Shown here piece after piece: positions 13,201 to 27,551 of a stretch of 64,000 bases of DNA. The stretch covers positions 124,001 to 188,000 of the forward strand of contig MCFH01000059.1 in NCBI GenBank assembly GCA_002104945.1. The letters are read 5' to 3'. The notes under the pieces are model-generated. The model was not told the DNA's origin. It did no database searches and saw only the letters and a program-made list of their open reading frames with translations. The number at the start of each line of letters is the position of its first letter. The stretch's first letter is position 1. Made by a program: the position numbers and the translations under genes. The stretch is from Piromyces finnis finn (Eukaryota > Fungi > Neocallimastigomycota).

Positions 13201-14765
13201 CATATTTACTGAATTCCAAAAACTATGATAAATAAAATAATACATATTGTCATTTTTACTTTTAATTGTTTTATTGGAAGAATATATTTTTTTGTCATTG
13301 AATTCCTACAAATAATATAAAAAATATAATAATAATAATTATAAAAATAAAAATTTTTAATTATAAAGTTTCTATTATTTTTTTTTTTTTCAGAATTTTT
13401 ATTATATCATACTTTAAACTAATTTTTTTTCTAATTTCTTTTCCTAAACCTGATACACCTGATATGCATGAAGGAACTTCAGAATATGTAGCAGATGCTA
13501 ATGAATTTGATGAAAGAGTTATCGCTTTTTTATTTTTAAAATTATTTGAACAGATGCTATTTCTTTTATTTTCCATTTCTTCGATTTCCCTTGGAATCTT
13601 TAAAAATAAAATATTTTTTTAAAAAATAATATTATTAATTTTATTACTACTAAAAAAACTTTTTTAAATATCAATATATATATATATATTAAGTATTACT
13701 CTGTTTGCAGTTTTGTTCTATTTTTTTATCATATAATATAAAATATTAATTATGTTAATATATTAAACAGTATTATTACAAATATTATTATATAATGTAA
13801 CTTTTATTAAAATGTTTATTTCAATAATAATATATATCATAATAATAATAATTAAAGTATATTTACAGCAAGATCATCCTTATTCTATTTATTTTGATAC
13901 CATATTATATATTATAATATGAAAATAATTTAAAAATAAATTTAATAAATATTGTATTAATTACTTGTATTTTGAAATGAAAAATGATATGAAAATCAAA
14001 TACTTACCATGACATCGGTTAAAAATAAAACATATACTTTAAGAATATCCTATTTATCATATTATCATAAAATGATTAAATATAAAAAGGTTATAAATTA
14101 TTAATTTTGGTAGGGAAACAAGCATTATTATTAAGTAAATAAAATATCAAGAAATAAATTAATTATCCTAAAGGCATACCACTGATTCTGGAAATTGTCT
14201 TAAGATATTCTTATACTGCCAATTCGCAGATTCTTGATATTTGGATATATTAACTATATGCTGTCCATAGGAAGCAATATCTTTTGGATTTGTAGTATTT
14301 CTTAATTTATTATATAATTCTTTAATTTCTTGTAATCCATGAACATGAGTTATTATAGCATTACGCTTCATTTCTTCTAATTTTATTGATGCTTCACTTA
14401 TATTAAAAAAAATAATATTAATATAATTAGTGAAAAAAAAAGAATAAAAAAATTCATATTTCATAATAATAATTATCAATGATAATATCCATACACATCA
14501 TTTGAATCAATTTTCATTAAATCTTCTCTTTTTTCTATTTCAATGTAATTTTGAGCTTTATATATTAAAAACTTTTTTCTTGTATCTAATTTAAGATCCA
14601 TTGCAATATTTAGCATTTGTTCTCCATTAAATAATTCCATATCATATTTTTTTAACAAATTATTATCTTTGTAAAACTTTTTCATTGAGTGCATATAATA
14701 CCATGTTATAATATATACCTATAAAAATGGAATATAGAGATATTTTATTAGGCTATAAAAATTTT

Positions 14766-14822
<57 letters not shown>

Positions 14823-16911
14823 GTAATAATTTTAATAATGAGTATATTTACATCTGCTTCATGTTCATATTGGGATAAACTTTATTTTAATTAGAAATAT
14901 TGTTAGTTATGTATCAAAACCATTACATTACTTTACTATTTATATATACCCTTCTTCAAATATACTTTTCATTAAAACATAGGCATCCAAATTTCTATTA
15001 TTTCTGTTTATTATTATTATATAATTGAATGATCATTCAGTGTACATATATATATATTACTATAGTAATAATTTAAATTTAATCTATTAAAGTTTATATT
15101 TATACCTTAAGAATCTAGAAGCGATTTCACATTCATAATAATTACAGAATACTTTAATTTCCTTTTTAACATATACTTCTTTAGCTATTTTTTTTAATTA
15201 ATAATAAATATTTTGATAAATATAAAGTATAATATATTTTTATATAACTATAATATTTGACTAACTAATTCGTTCAACAGAATTATAAATATTTTTCATT
15301 TCTACGTTTTCTGGATTATTATCGATAGATTGTTTTAAATCATTAACGATTTTTTTTTCCTGATATTTTTTATATATTCTATGTAACATTTTTTTATGGT
15401 AATAATTATTATATTTATAACTTCCAATAAACAATATTAAGATGATAAAAGGAGAAGAGTCTGCAATAAATTGAAAATTATTAAAATTGAATAGTGCAAG
15501 TAGGGTAGTGTATATTGAGAAACTGCTTAATGTAAAATAAGTTGCAAATTTATAGTTATTTATTGAAGTTGAATAATATGGCTGCCTTTTTAATTGAACT
15601 CTTGATATATATGAAAAGGTCATCATAATAATTATATTATCCAAAAGTAAAATTACTTTTTGATTTATTTGCTTCATTAATAAATATTGTGAAATAAGAT
15701 TATCCATACTTGCCTGAAATATTGGTTTTTAATATATAGTATATTTATAAGAATTTATATAATATAATATAATATAATATAATATAATATAATATATTAT
15801 GCATGAAATAGTAGTTAAAAATGTATTACCAAAAGTAGTTTTGTAAACATTATGACGTTAGTATTAACATTATGAATTGATCCAAAATATTTTCCATGGG
15901 ATAAGCAATCAGTATTATAACTATAATTATTATACTATGTTAATAATATGAGTCTATATTATTCTTGCTTTATTATTAAACATAATATTGTTTATAAGAA
16001 ACTAATTAAATAACAACCATAATATTATATATAATAATTAAGATAGTGCATCCAATTGATACACCAATTCTGTTTTTTTTTTTTTTAAGAAAAAATGTAT
16101 ATATATATGAAAACAAAAGTTTTGAAATTATTTTAATTAATTTAAGTTCGATAAATTTGCTTATATATTTATAATCATTGAATTATTATTACTCGATTTT
16201 TGAAAACATAGAATCACATTTATCTAATCCAGGTATTTTATATTGTTTGCATAATAAAATGCCTTGTGTTAAAAATAGAAAAACTGATATACATATATAT
16301 TATTATATGTTTTTTCTTTATTTAAAATATAAGTTTTATAATTTAGTCAAATTAAAATAATTACCATAAGAAAGCAAATATCTATTTTTATTTAATTACA
16401 TTTAAATATTAAAAAAAAATTAATAATATATATATATATTTTTAACAAGTATATTTTCTTTCCTTGATATACGCTTACTTGTATAAAATAATATACATCG
16501 AGTTTAAAAACTAATTTTATTTTTATAATATTATTAGCAACCAAAAAAAAAAAAAAAAAAGAAAAACTTTTTTTCTTATCAATATATTTTATTCCTATAT
16601 AAATTTTACCCATAATTTTTTTTTTGATAGAGTTTTACTACTACAAATTTTAAAATAAATAAAAAGAGTATATAAATATTAGATATTTTTTATTATTAAC
16701 TTAAACTTTGCATAATTATAAAATTAACCTTCTTCTTGTGTTTATAAAATAGCCTACAATACAATTAAAAATTATAATGTAATTATATATATTATATTAG
16801 AAAACTTTTTTATCGAAAAATAAAAAAAAAAAAAGAATGAAGTAATTATTAACTTACATAATATAGAATAAATATAAATTGTAGAAATGATAATCAATCC
16901 AAATACAACAT

Positions 16912-16943
<32 letters not shown>

Positions 16944-17592
16944 GAAGGGAAAATAAAAAAAGATATATTTAAAAAATATTTAATAATTTAATAAGCATAT
17001 ATTAAAGAAGTTTTGATATTTAAAAAGGGAATAAAGGAAAAAAGAAAATTGATATTACAAAAGTAAAAATATGATTTTATTGTAGGATTAAATATTGAAA
17101 AAATCTTTCCATAAAAAGGTCTTAATTTTCCCAAAATATTATCATTAAAAATAAACCTAATTAATTGAAGATCTTTAATCAAAAGAATTTAAAAAAAAAA
17201 GTAATGTTAGAAGCATATATTCTAAAAAGATAGTGTTAATATTTTAATGTAAAAAGTATATCTTAATATTCTTTTTTTTTAAAAATATTTTTAAAGAATA
17301 ATAATAGATATTTAAATATATTCCTACCTTCAATTAGGTAAAAAAAGGGAATCATCCAATCTACCGGAACATCTTGTGGAAGAGCTTGAAAAAAAGGAAA
17401 AAGATTTTTCTTTTTTTTTTTTAGTTTACAAAATAAAGATATTTATATTATTATTGTTTACCATCACACTTTTTTTATCATGTTTATTATTTTATAAAAT
17501 TTTGTTTATATAAATAAATATAATTAAATATATACTTCTAATGAATTATAATTGACTTTATTCAAGCTAATTCTTGAATTGTCATTATTCAT
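10272..17592 (-). CDS. Large multi-exon polytopic membrane protein (TmcB/TmcC-like by C-terminal pattern); exon structure and start approximate
   Basis: Chain of minus-strand exon fragments (track ORFs at 15261, 14476, 14168, 13361, 12742, 12121, 10335) with GT/AG boundaries. C-terminus is a TM helix followed by KIKEMNALVSFLFLVPPSIINKNEKYK spliced to FLETAQVIE* (stop 10272-10274). Putative ATG at 17592 (MNNDNSRISLNKVNYNSLE). Confidence 0.55.
14767..14821. repeat. (TAA)n microsatellite within an intron
   Basis: About 18 contiguous TAA units. Confidence 0.9.
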
Positions 17593-18436
17593 TTTGAACA
17601 CTATTTAATAGACGTAATTTATCCGTTTCAAAAAATGAATATGTAGAGAAAATGTATCTATAAATTTTTAGATATTTTATAGATATAAATGAAATATAAT
17701 AAAAGTATTTTTTAAAAATGAATTCATAAAATAATATAAAAACAAAAATTATGCATTAATTCTATTTCATTTAAACTAGAAAAACTAAAAAGTTTTTTAA
17801 ATGTAATAATTTATATGATACTAATATGATCAATTTATGAGGTTAAAAGTTTTTTTATAATCAAAATAAAGTTAGTTTAATTTAAACTTTAATTCAAAAT
17901 AAAACATAATTTTAAAAATTGTATATTACCCATTTATACAACCAAGTTACATTGTATATTATTGTATATTATTATGCCTTTATAATATATATATTAAAAC
18001 AAATAAAATAAAATACTATAAAATAAAAGCAATTATTATGCTTTTTCAGTTGAATAAAATTAACATATTAAATATACAATTCGACAATGAAGGAAATATT
18101 TTATATTCTGGTAGTTTTATAATTTATATTATTTAAAAAGTTTAGTTAATTATTATTCTTTTTTAGATATAAAAATACTAAATACCAAAGCAAATGCAGA
18201 TTACTAATTTACTTTATATCTTACAATTCATTCATTTTACCCTCTTACCATTTATATATTTAAAAAAATAAAAGATTATGTAATATAATTAAAACCTAAC
18301 CCATATTATTTTAGTATAAAAAATTTATTTAGAAATATTAAATATTTAAAATTTAAATACTTCCAAACTTAAAAAAAAGTATAGTTTTACTTAAGTTATT
18401 ATTAAACAAAAAAAGTTAGCTGTTACTATTAGTTAT

Positions 18437-18623
18437 ATTCAATCTATCAATTATTTCAACTTTATAATAATTGATAGATATTAATTATTAATATTTACTA
18501 AATAACATATTCAATCTACATTTTTGTTTCAACTTTATAATAATTGATAGATATTAATTATTAATATTTACTAAATAACATAATTCAATCTACATTTTTG
18601 TTTCAACTTTATAAATAGTTGAT
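18437..18623. repeat. Tandem duplication, ~73-74 bp unit x ~2.5
   Basis: ttcaactttataataattgatagatattaattattaatatttactaaataacata(a)ttcaatctacatttttgt repeated head to tail. Confidence 0.85.
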
Positions 18624-19140
18624 ACTCTTTTATGATGATTTAATGGTTATTAAAAAGTTAATATTATAAAGTATTTTTACCATTTTAATAATTATTAGTT
18701 TAAAAGATATATTGCTTTTTTACATAAATAATGATAATACATATCAATAAAAGCAATATTATTAAGCGCTAAATTAGGAGATAGTAAACTGACTCTATAA
18801 CATTAATATATGTACTATTAAATTTAACAATAAATTTATGTGTTTATTACATACGAAATACACGTGTTATCATGCATTTTAAAAAGTTTAACAATAGACA
18901 AAATTAAAGTTTTTAAAATAACATTTTTTTCATATACGGCACATTTTCCAAATATAGTTATAGTTCAAATTAAAATATTAATAAATAAAATTTTAAATAT
19001 TGATTACATTTCTTTAAAGTTGACCAATAAAAATTCCTACAAACAAAGAGTTACCGTTTAATTAATTTATGTTAAATAAAGTTTAATCATTAATATAAAA
19101 TAAAAAACTGACGGTTTTTAACAATTATTATCTATTTATG

Positions 19141-19360
<220 letters not shown>

Positions 19361-21206
19361 TCTATATTTTTTATTGATATTAGAAATAAAGATACAGTTG
19401 TAAAAAAATATTAAATTATTTTAAAGCAAATGTTTTAAGGCGGAGAACAAACATATAATTCCTATTTTTTTAAAGCCTTTATTTTTCATTAATGATAATT
19501 CCTTATTCATTGTCTTTTATTATTCTTAAGGATTATTTACTAATCAAAAAAACAAAGAATCCTATTATATTAATTAGTTTTTTTGAGAGAACTAATTTAT
19601 TATATATTATTTAAAAATTCTTAATATAAAGTTACATTTATCTATGTTCTATTATATGTATTCACGTGAACAACTTATCAGCTAAACTTCTACTACTGAA
19701 TAATAATGATTTGGTTAGTAGTCAACAAGGAATATTTGTTTTAATTGAAATGATCAACCTGCCGGTTGTTTATTAAAATATTATTTATTTATCATTAAAA
19801 ATTCCCTTTCTTTTTACAGTCAATTATATATAATAATATATCAATAATAGTATTCATAATAATAATAGTATTATTATACTTATTATACTTTTAATAATTT
19901 AATTTTTACCTCATATAAATGAATATTTTATTTTATTATAAATAAAATTTAATTTTAATTTTACTTTAAATTAAATAGAAAATGATTTTTTAAAATTGTT
20001 TTGTATTTAGTTCCATTAGGGAATAAAACTTTATTTATTAATAAATTTTAAATTAATTTGCGTAACCTAATTATTAAAAAAAATAAATCAAAACAAAAAT
20101 AGTTTAGAAAACGGTTGGTTATTTTATTTATAATATAAATTTTAGTATATTAAAGATTAGAATATTAATATATTAATATATATTCATTATATACTAATGA
20201 GTAGTTAGTGTAAAAATAACAGATCCTGTGTAACAATGTATTTTAATTTAATATAGCCATAAAATAATAATATATAGATGAATGTCAACCGTATATATAT
20301 TATTAAACATAAAAAATTAATTTATAATTAATAAATTTAATTTAGGAACGAGTCAAAAGAACAAAAATTAAATGGATGAATGAATTAATAAACAAATAAA
20401 TTGATAGTCATTTAATTATTATTCTTTATATATTAAAAAGAGTAATTCATTTAATATAATATATGATCATCATATATTATAATTATAATATTTCTAATAG
20501 TATTCTATTGATAAATAAAGAATAATACAAAGGAAATTATTTTTAATATATTTTCATTCTTATTTCATATATATAATATATGAACAATAATAAATATTAA
20601 TATATATAAATATTTAATATTATAATTTATATTAATAGTGTCATTAAAAATTAATTATTAAAATGTAATTATCAAAGGAAAAAAAAAACAAAAAAAATTT
20701 TTTTTTTTTATCCTTTTGTTCTTTTTATAATTATTTTATTTTTTAATTTTATATTGTAAATAGTAAAAAAAAATAAAGTTATATTGTACTGATTTTTAAA
20801 TTTGATTTATTTTTTTTTTAATAAAAGTAAATCTTTTAAATAAAAATTGTACAAAAATTATTTGATTTGATTAAACTATAGATTTAATTCATTTCATATA
20901 AAAACATAAAATTTATAAATTTTATACGTTCTTATTTTACCGTACCTATTTATAATACATAATAATACAAATAATAATTATTATAAAACAAACAAAAAAA
21001 AAAAAAACACATAATTAAAATATTGATTATTGATATTTTCTTTTATAGATTAGAACTTTATCCTTGTATATATAAAAGCATCGTTCACTATAATAGAAAA
21101 TTTCATATATTTATTCAATAAAAATACAATCAATCATTATCAAATCCATTCAATATTTATATTAAAAAAAAAAAAAGGATTATTTTCAATATTTATTATT
21201 TCAAAA

Positions 21207-23961
21207 ATGAACAGTTTAATAATAATTTCCATTCTTTTTTCCTTGTTCAATTATTGTAATAGTCTTTTAATTTTACCATTTCCAGATGTTGCTCCAACTA
21301 TAGCATCAGGTGATAAAATTAGTATTCCAATTTCAAACGATAAATTCATTATTTCAAATTGTGCTGCTTTAGGTAATTCTTATTTATATACTGAAGATAA
21401 CGAAAGAACCGAATATTCACCAGTTGCTTATTTCAGAAATGGTGAAACTTTAGAAGTAAGAATTACATAATTTAAAAAAAATATTATTTATATATATTAT
21501 TTATATATTGTTATTATTTATCACATTTATTATGTTTGTATATCCTATTTATTTCATAATTAAACTTTTTCTTTATTTTTTTATATAAAAACTTTTGGAA
21601 TAATATAAAAATAAAATTTTATTATAGTTATACATTCCAGAAATTAATGGTGATGCATCAAAGAAATTCTTCGTAGTTGTTGAATTACCATTAGCAGAAG
21701 CTATTATTAAAACAGGTTCTTTTAACGTTTCTGGTGGTTCTGCAATCAATTTACCAAAAACAGATGGTTGTGGTAAGGAAGTTAAATTTTCCAACAAAGA
21801 AACTAACATCGGTTCAGATGTTAAGAGTAATGAAAGTAACAATAGCAATGAAAATAATAAGGAATCTACAGAAAACAAACCCAACAATAAAGATAATATT
21901 GTTGAAAATGACAATCAAAACAGCTCAAATATTTTAAGTGCTGCTAACACTTCAACAACTACTAATAACAATCAAGAAGAACAAGGTTCCAATCATGCTG
22001 TTATTATAGCTTGTGCAGGGTAATTTTTTTTATTAATTTCAATATATCAATTATAAAATAACTAAAATAAAAATATATTAATATTTCAATAATTATTATT
22101 GTATTTCAGAACAAGTGTCGTTGCTTTAGTTGTTATCAGTGGTTTCGTATTTTTAAGAGGAAAGTCTTATATGAAAGGTGACAGCGATGTTTCTTATACA
22201 TCATTAAATTATAATAACACTTATTCTCCAAAACCATTTAATGCTGTTGGAGGATTATATGATAATTTAACAAAATCAAATGATGATTTCGATCGTGATT
22301 ATCAATTAAGATGTTTAAATGATGTCCCATCTCAAGTTAGCTATCCAGTTTCATTAAGTGATGGATCTTGTGTTAACATGGATAAAAATACAGATATTTT
22401 TGAACAAACTGATGATGCTCCAGAAGTCCCTGAAATTCCTCAAGAATTACCAATTACTAAGCATATTGTAGAAGAAATTGTTATTAATCCAGAAAAGGTT
22501 CTTAGTGAAACAATTAATTCAAATGCTGTTTCTGCTGTTGTCACTACAGCTTCTGTAGCTTTAGCTATTAATGAATGCGGAGATCTTACTATTGATAAAT
22601 CAAACTTTGTTTGCGAAGATAGTAAATTAGAAAAGTCAAACTCTACTTCTAGTAGTGGTTCATGCAGTACTTGCTCAGGCTCTTGCTCATGCTCTTCATG
22701 CTCTTCTTGTTCATGTTCATGCAGTGGAAAGGGCAGCTGTTCTTGTTCTTGCACTGAATCCTCTAGATTCACCTCAACTATCAATAATGAATCATCATTA
22801 AAGTTACTTTCATTAGACTTTAATTCTACTAATGGTGATACAACCAGAGGATATTCAGTATTTGTTGATAAGGAAAATGATAGCAAAAGAATGACTAACT
22901 ACACTGAAACCAATTATGATGACAGTCGTAGAATGACAAACTACACTGAAACTAATTATGATGACAGTCGTAGAATGACAAACTACACTGAAACTAATTA
23001 TGATGACAGTCGTAGAATGACAAACTACACTGAAACCAATTATGATGACAGTCGTAGAAACACCGCATACACTGATTACACTGAAGACAGTCGTAGAAAT
23101 ACCGCTTACACTGATTACACTGAAGACAGTCGTAGAAATACCGCTTACACTGATTACACTGAAGACAGTCGTAGAAATACCGCTTACACTGATTACACTG
23201 AAGACAGTCGTAGAAACACCGCTTACACTGATTACACTACTGAAGACAGTCGTAGAAACACCGCTTACACTGATTACACTACTGAAGACAGTCGTAGAAA
23301 CACCGCTTACACTGATTACACTACTGAAGACAGTCGTAGAAATACCGCATACACTGATTACACTGAAGGATCAAGTTACACTAATCGCGACTCACGTTAT
23401 TCAGAATATACTAGTCGTGATTCACGCTACTCTGAATATACTGAAGGTTCAAGCTATACTTCTTGTTCATGCTCTGAATCAGATTGTGACTGCAGTCATA
23501 GAAAGTCTGAATACACTACTGACTACTCTTCTTACACCGATAGTAGAAGACAAACTTATACTACTACCGATTATAGTAGTTACACTAGCGACTTTTGTGA
23601 AACCCAAGACGCCTCTAGTGATTTCCCATCAAAAATTTTACCAAACACTTCAATTGAACCATTCGGTTATTCAATAACTAATGAAAGTTTAATTGCTATA
23701 CAATCAAAGCAAAATGTCATGCGTGATAGTATTTGTAGTTTATTACCAGAAGTACCAATTGAAGGAAAGCCACCAAAGATTGATCTTGAATTCATAGCCC
23801 AAAAGGATTATCAAACCTCCAAATCTGGTGAATTAAATGTTAAAACAAAGGATGTTCTTCGTGTAATTGAAAGTTTAGATGGTGGTTGTTATATGGTAGC
23901 AAATGCAAACACAGGAAAATCAGGAAAAATACCAGCTTACATTATTAGCACATTATTATAA
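21207..23961 (+). CDS. Type I membrane protein: signal peptide, ectodomain, one TM, repeat-rich cytoplasmic tail, C-terminal SH3 (3 exons: 21207-21455, 21628-22019, 22110-23961)
   Basis: Signal peptide MNSLIIISILFSLFNYCNS. GT/AG introns join the frames and rebuild the TM AVIIACAGTSVVALVVISGFVFL. C-terminal FIAQKDY..ELNVKTKDVLRV...GKSGKIPAYII is an SH3 signature. Confidence 0.85.
22891..23366 (+). repeat. Coding tandem repeats: 4x MTNYTETNYDDSRR (42 bp), 4x NTAYTDYTEDSRR (39 bp), 3x NTAYTDYTTEDSRR (42 bp) plus a partial unit
   Basis: Directly visible in the DNA and in the translation. Confidence 0.95.
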
Positions 23962-24897
23962 ATCTAATTTTACAATCATATATTTATTCCAACCATTAAT
24001 TAAAAGATGATTACTATTTTTTTTATTTTATTTTCAATTATAATAATATATATTACATTTCTTCCAATAGAAATTAAATATTATTTTTTTTTTTTACTGA
24101 ATTACAAACTATTTTTTTCTTTATAATTTTATAAAATAATGTTGAAAAAAAATTGTTTAGTATTAAATAATTTTTAACTGGAGTTTAAATTTTAATAAAA
24201 AAAAAAAAAATTTTTTTTATAAACCTCTTTAAAATTGTTTTTTTTTTTTTTTGAAACCATAATAATTTTTAAATTGTTTTATTATGCATATATAAAACAT
24301 TAATACATAAATTACTATTTTTTATATAATAATAATAATTAAATAAATAAATATATATGAAAAAAAAATTTTTTTTTTATTTATAATTATTTTATATAAT
24401 CGAAAAAAAAAAAATAAGAAAAGGTGATTGAAGAAAAAAAAAGAGAAAAAATACTATCAAATAACAATAGAATACTAATAAAACCCATTCTATAAAATGG
24501 TATGATGATAATGATCAATTCCTTTATAATACTCTTAAGAATTTTATTAATAGAGATAGAACAGTATCATGAAATACAATGTGTTATAAAAATATTTTTT
24601 TTATCATTAAATAAAATTTAAAAAGTTTAGATTTTCATTCAGGGTAAAGAAAAAGAAAGAGTTTTTCATTTTAGCCATAAATTTTAGGAAGGGTATTTTA
24701 TCCTTTTTTTTTTTTTTTAATTATATAAAGTTTTACCACCACCACACCTTTTTTTTTTTAATTTATTTTTAAAACATATTTATGTAGTCACCTTCCTTTT
24801 TAGGTGAATTACTGTATGATTTAATTATTTTTTTTTTTAAAAAAATAAATTAAATAGAAACCTTTTAGGAAAAAAAAATATAAATATAAAAGAAAAA

Positions 24898-24943
<46 letters not shown>

Positions 24944-25408
24944 AAGAATATTTTTTTATTTTATAGAGATAAAAAATGTTGATAAAAGGATTAATTGGAT
25001 TATTGTTAAGTAACTATATGTACTTTTATAATTAACGAATGTTTTAAAATATATAAATAAATATAAAAATAAAAATAATTTTTATTTATTTTTTTATTTA
25101 ATATGATGATGATGATAATATATTTTTGTTAAATATCAAAGTTTAATTAATAATCATTTTAAAAATATAATAAATAATTATAATTCAACTAATTTATTAT
25201 ATTTTAATATTATTATAATTATATATATATATATATAATAAAATACTATATTTTTATCAAAAAATTTGATATGATTAAAATATATTTTAAAAATATGTTA
25301 TTATCAAGTTATCAAGTGATTTTATTTTTTATAATAGTTAAATAAAATAAAATTGTTTAAAATTGGAATATTTTGTACTTTTTTTTTTATAAATATATAC
25401 TTCATTAA

Positions 25409-26854
25409 ATGGATAATACAGAATTATTTTATAAAGAATTAAATAGTACTTGTAATCCTGATACATTATTAAAAATTGCAAAAAAAGGAATTTTTTTATA
25501 TGAGCCTTTATTTACAAATAATAAAATAAAAGATCATGAAAATGTAATTGAAATCAGTATATTAGCTGGACAATATTTTATGATATTTAATAGAAAGCAG
25601 TATCAAAAACTAGTAGAATTAATTTCTCGGAAAGATTTCACAATTTATCCATATCTAAATAATCATTATATTATTTTTAATATATTTATTATAAATAAAT
25701 ATTTTATAGAACAATTAATGATCGAAAAAAATAATGATTTTTTATTATTAATACATGAGCATTTATCTAATGAGATAACAATATTATTGTATTTATATAA
25801 GTATAATTATATATCCACTAAAATATTTTATTCATTTTATTATTATGGTAATAAACATAATTATTTTAATTTTGTATTTGAGTTGTATGAATATTTTTAC
25901 CATAATGAATTTAAAAATTTGTTTGAAAATACATTTGATGCTCTCGATATTACTGGTAAATCTAAAATAATTTCTGAAATGTTACTTTTTTATGGAAGAG
26001 ATATTAATATATTTAAATATTGTATAAAGAAGATTAAGCAATATCATTTATATATACGATATGATTATTTTCGAATACCTTTACATTTTCCAATAGAGTA
26101 TTTGAAAGAATATAATGATGATGTATTTTTTCCAAATGAATTGTTTGTTACTTGTGAAGATAAAAAAATTGAAGAATTTATAAATACATTTTTTTCTGAT
26201 TATTTCATTCTTGTATTAAGTAATAATTATAATGATAAATATAAATGTTATGAAAAATTTTATTCAAGATATAATATTGATATTGACAAACTTTATAAAT
26301 TTAAATATTATAAAAAAAAGGATATAAATTTAGATTATATATATAATTCAGAAGAATATAAAAATTTCTTAGAAGGAAATAAGAATTTTAAGGGAATAAC
26401 ATATAATACAAGAGATAATATTATAAATTTAATTAATATAAAAAAAGAAAAGTACAAATACTATAAACTTAAAAGAATGTTTATAAAAAAGAATTTTAAC
26501 AATTTATATTTTGTTAAAAAGTACTTGAAAGAGTATAATGAACTTGAAAAAATATTAAGTGATCCTGAATATATTTTAAGTCAAAATATTGAAATTTGCA
26601 TTAATGAATATTATGTTATGTTATTTTGTTGTTCAATTTCAATGATTCACAATAATTTTAATTATTTTATTATTAAAGCATTATTATATAATATTTTTGA
26701 TAGTTCTTATTTTGATGTACTTGATAAGAAACTTGTTTTTTTTAAGTATACGTGTGAAGAACCATATATTAGAAAAATATTTAATATATTATGTTCAACT
26801 CCACATGAAGTATTTAATAATTATATTTTAATAAAAGATTATAATCCTAATTAA
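25409..26854 (+). CDS. Intronless Tyr/Phe/Lys/Asn/Ile-rich hypothetical protein (ORFan, possibly viral origin)
   Basis: 481 codons open in ~80% AT DNA is very unlikely by chance. No signal peptide and no recognised domain. Confidence 0.7.
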   Translation: MDNTELFYKELNSTCNPDTLLKIAKKGIFLYEPLFTNNKIKDHENVIEISILAGQYFMIFNRKQYQKLVELISRKDFTIYPYLNNHYIIFNIFIINKYFIEQLMIEKNNDFLLLIHEHLSNEITILLYLYKYNYISTKIFYSFYYYGNKHNYFNFVFELYEYFYHNEFKNLFENTFDALDITGKSKIISEMLLFYGRDINIFKYCIKKIKQYHLYIRYDYFRIPLHFPIEYLKEYNDDVFFPNELFVTCEDKKIEEFINTFFSDYFILVLSNNYNDKYKCYEKFYSRYNIDIDKLYKFKYYKKKDINLDYIYNSEEYKNFLEGNKNFKGITYNTRDNIINLINIKKEKYKYYKLKRMFIKKNFNNLYFVKKYLKEYNELEKILSDPEYILSQNIEICINEYYVMLFCCSISMIHNNFNYFIIKALLYNIFDSSYFDVLDKKLVFFKYTCEEPYIRKIFNILCSTPHEVFNNYILIKDYNPN

Positions 26855-27061
26855 AAAAAATCTTTTTTTTTTTAGATTTTTATAAATTGAAAGAATTGTT
26901 ATTTTTATATATATGTATTTGGTATATATTTTACTTTATGTATATAAATTTATATAATTTTTAAAAAGCAAATTTAATATGTTTTATCATAAATATTATA
27001 AAATGATTTTTTTACGAATTTAAATAATTAACAAACAAATTGTTATATATAGTATTTTATT

Positions 27062-27520
27062 ATGGATTTGCTATTAATATCGTTGATAACTTTTACATTT
27101 TTTGCTAATTATATTTTAGCGAAAATAGATAAAAAGGAGTTCTGTTTGCATAACTATAATGGTATCACAAAAATAGTTGATCCCTTTTATATCAACTCTA
27201 AAAATGAAACGATTTATTTTGATACTATTGAAGAATATTCGAAATACATTGGACCTACATGGTTTGGCGTAGCCTATTGTGGTAATAATACTATTGTTAA
27301 TAATGTAGGACGTTATTTTAAATATATTGGAGATGATGTTAATCCATCAACAGATATTACACCAACAGAAATAAGCGATAAATCAGATGAAGCAGAAACT
27401 GAAGGAGTATTTGAAGAAGATGACATGTACAACGATGATGCAAATGAAGTTTTTGTTGTTAATAAAGTAAGTTCCAAGAAGCAATCTAAAGTCAAAAGGT
27501 ACATGAATTTTGTTAAGCGA

Positions 27521-27551
<31 letters not shown>

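Noticed and set aside
22891-23366. Regularly spaced 39-42 bp repeats resembling a CRISPR array
   Set aside because: The units are contiguous with no unique spacers, are multiples of 3, and lie in frame within a eukaryotic CDS; no cas genes.
24783-24815. Hairpin gtagtcacct-tcctttt-taggtgaattac near the left edge of the intron-free island
   Set aside because: Short imperfect stem with no counterpart at the right edge, so it cannot be called an element terminus.
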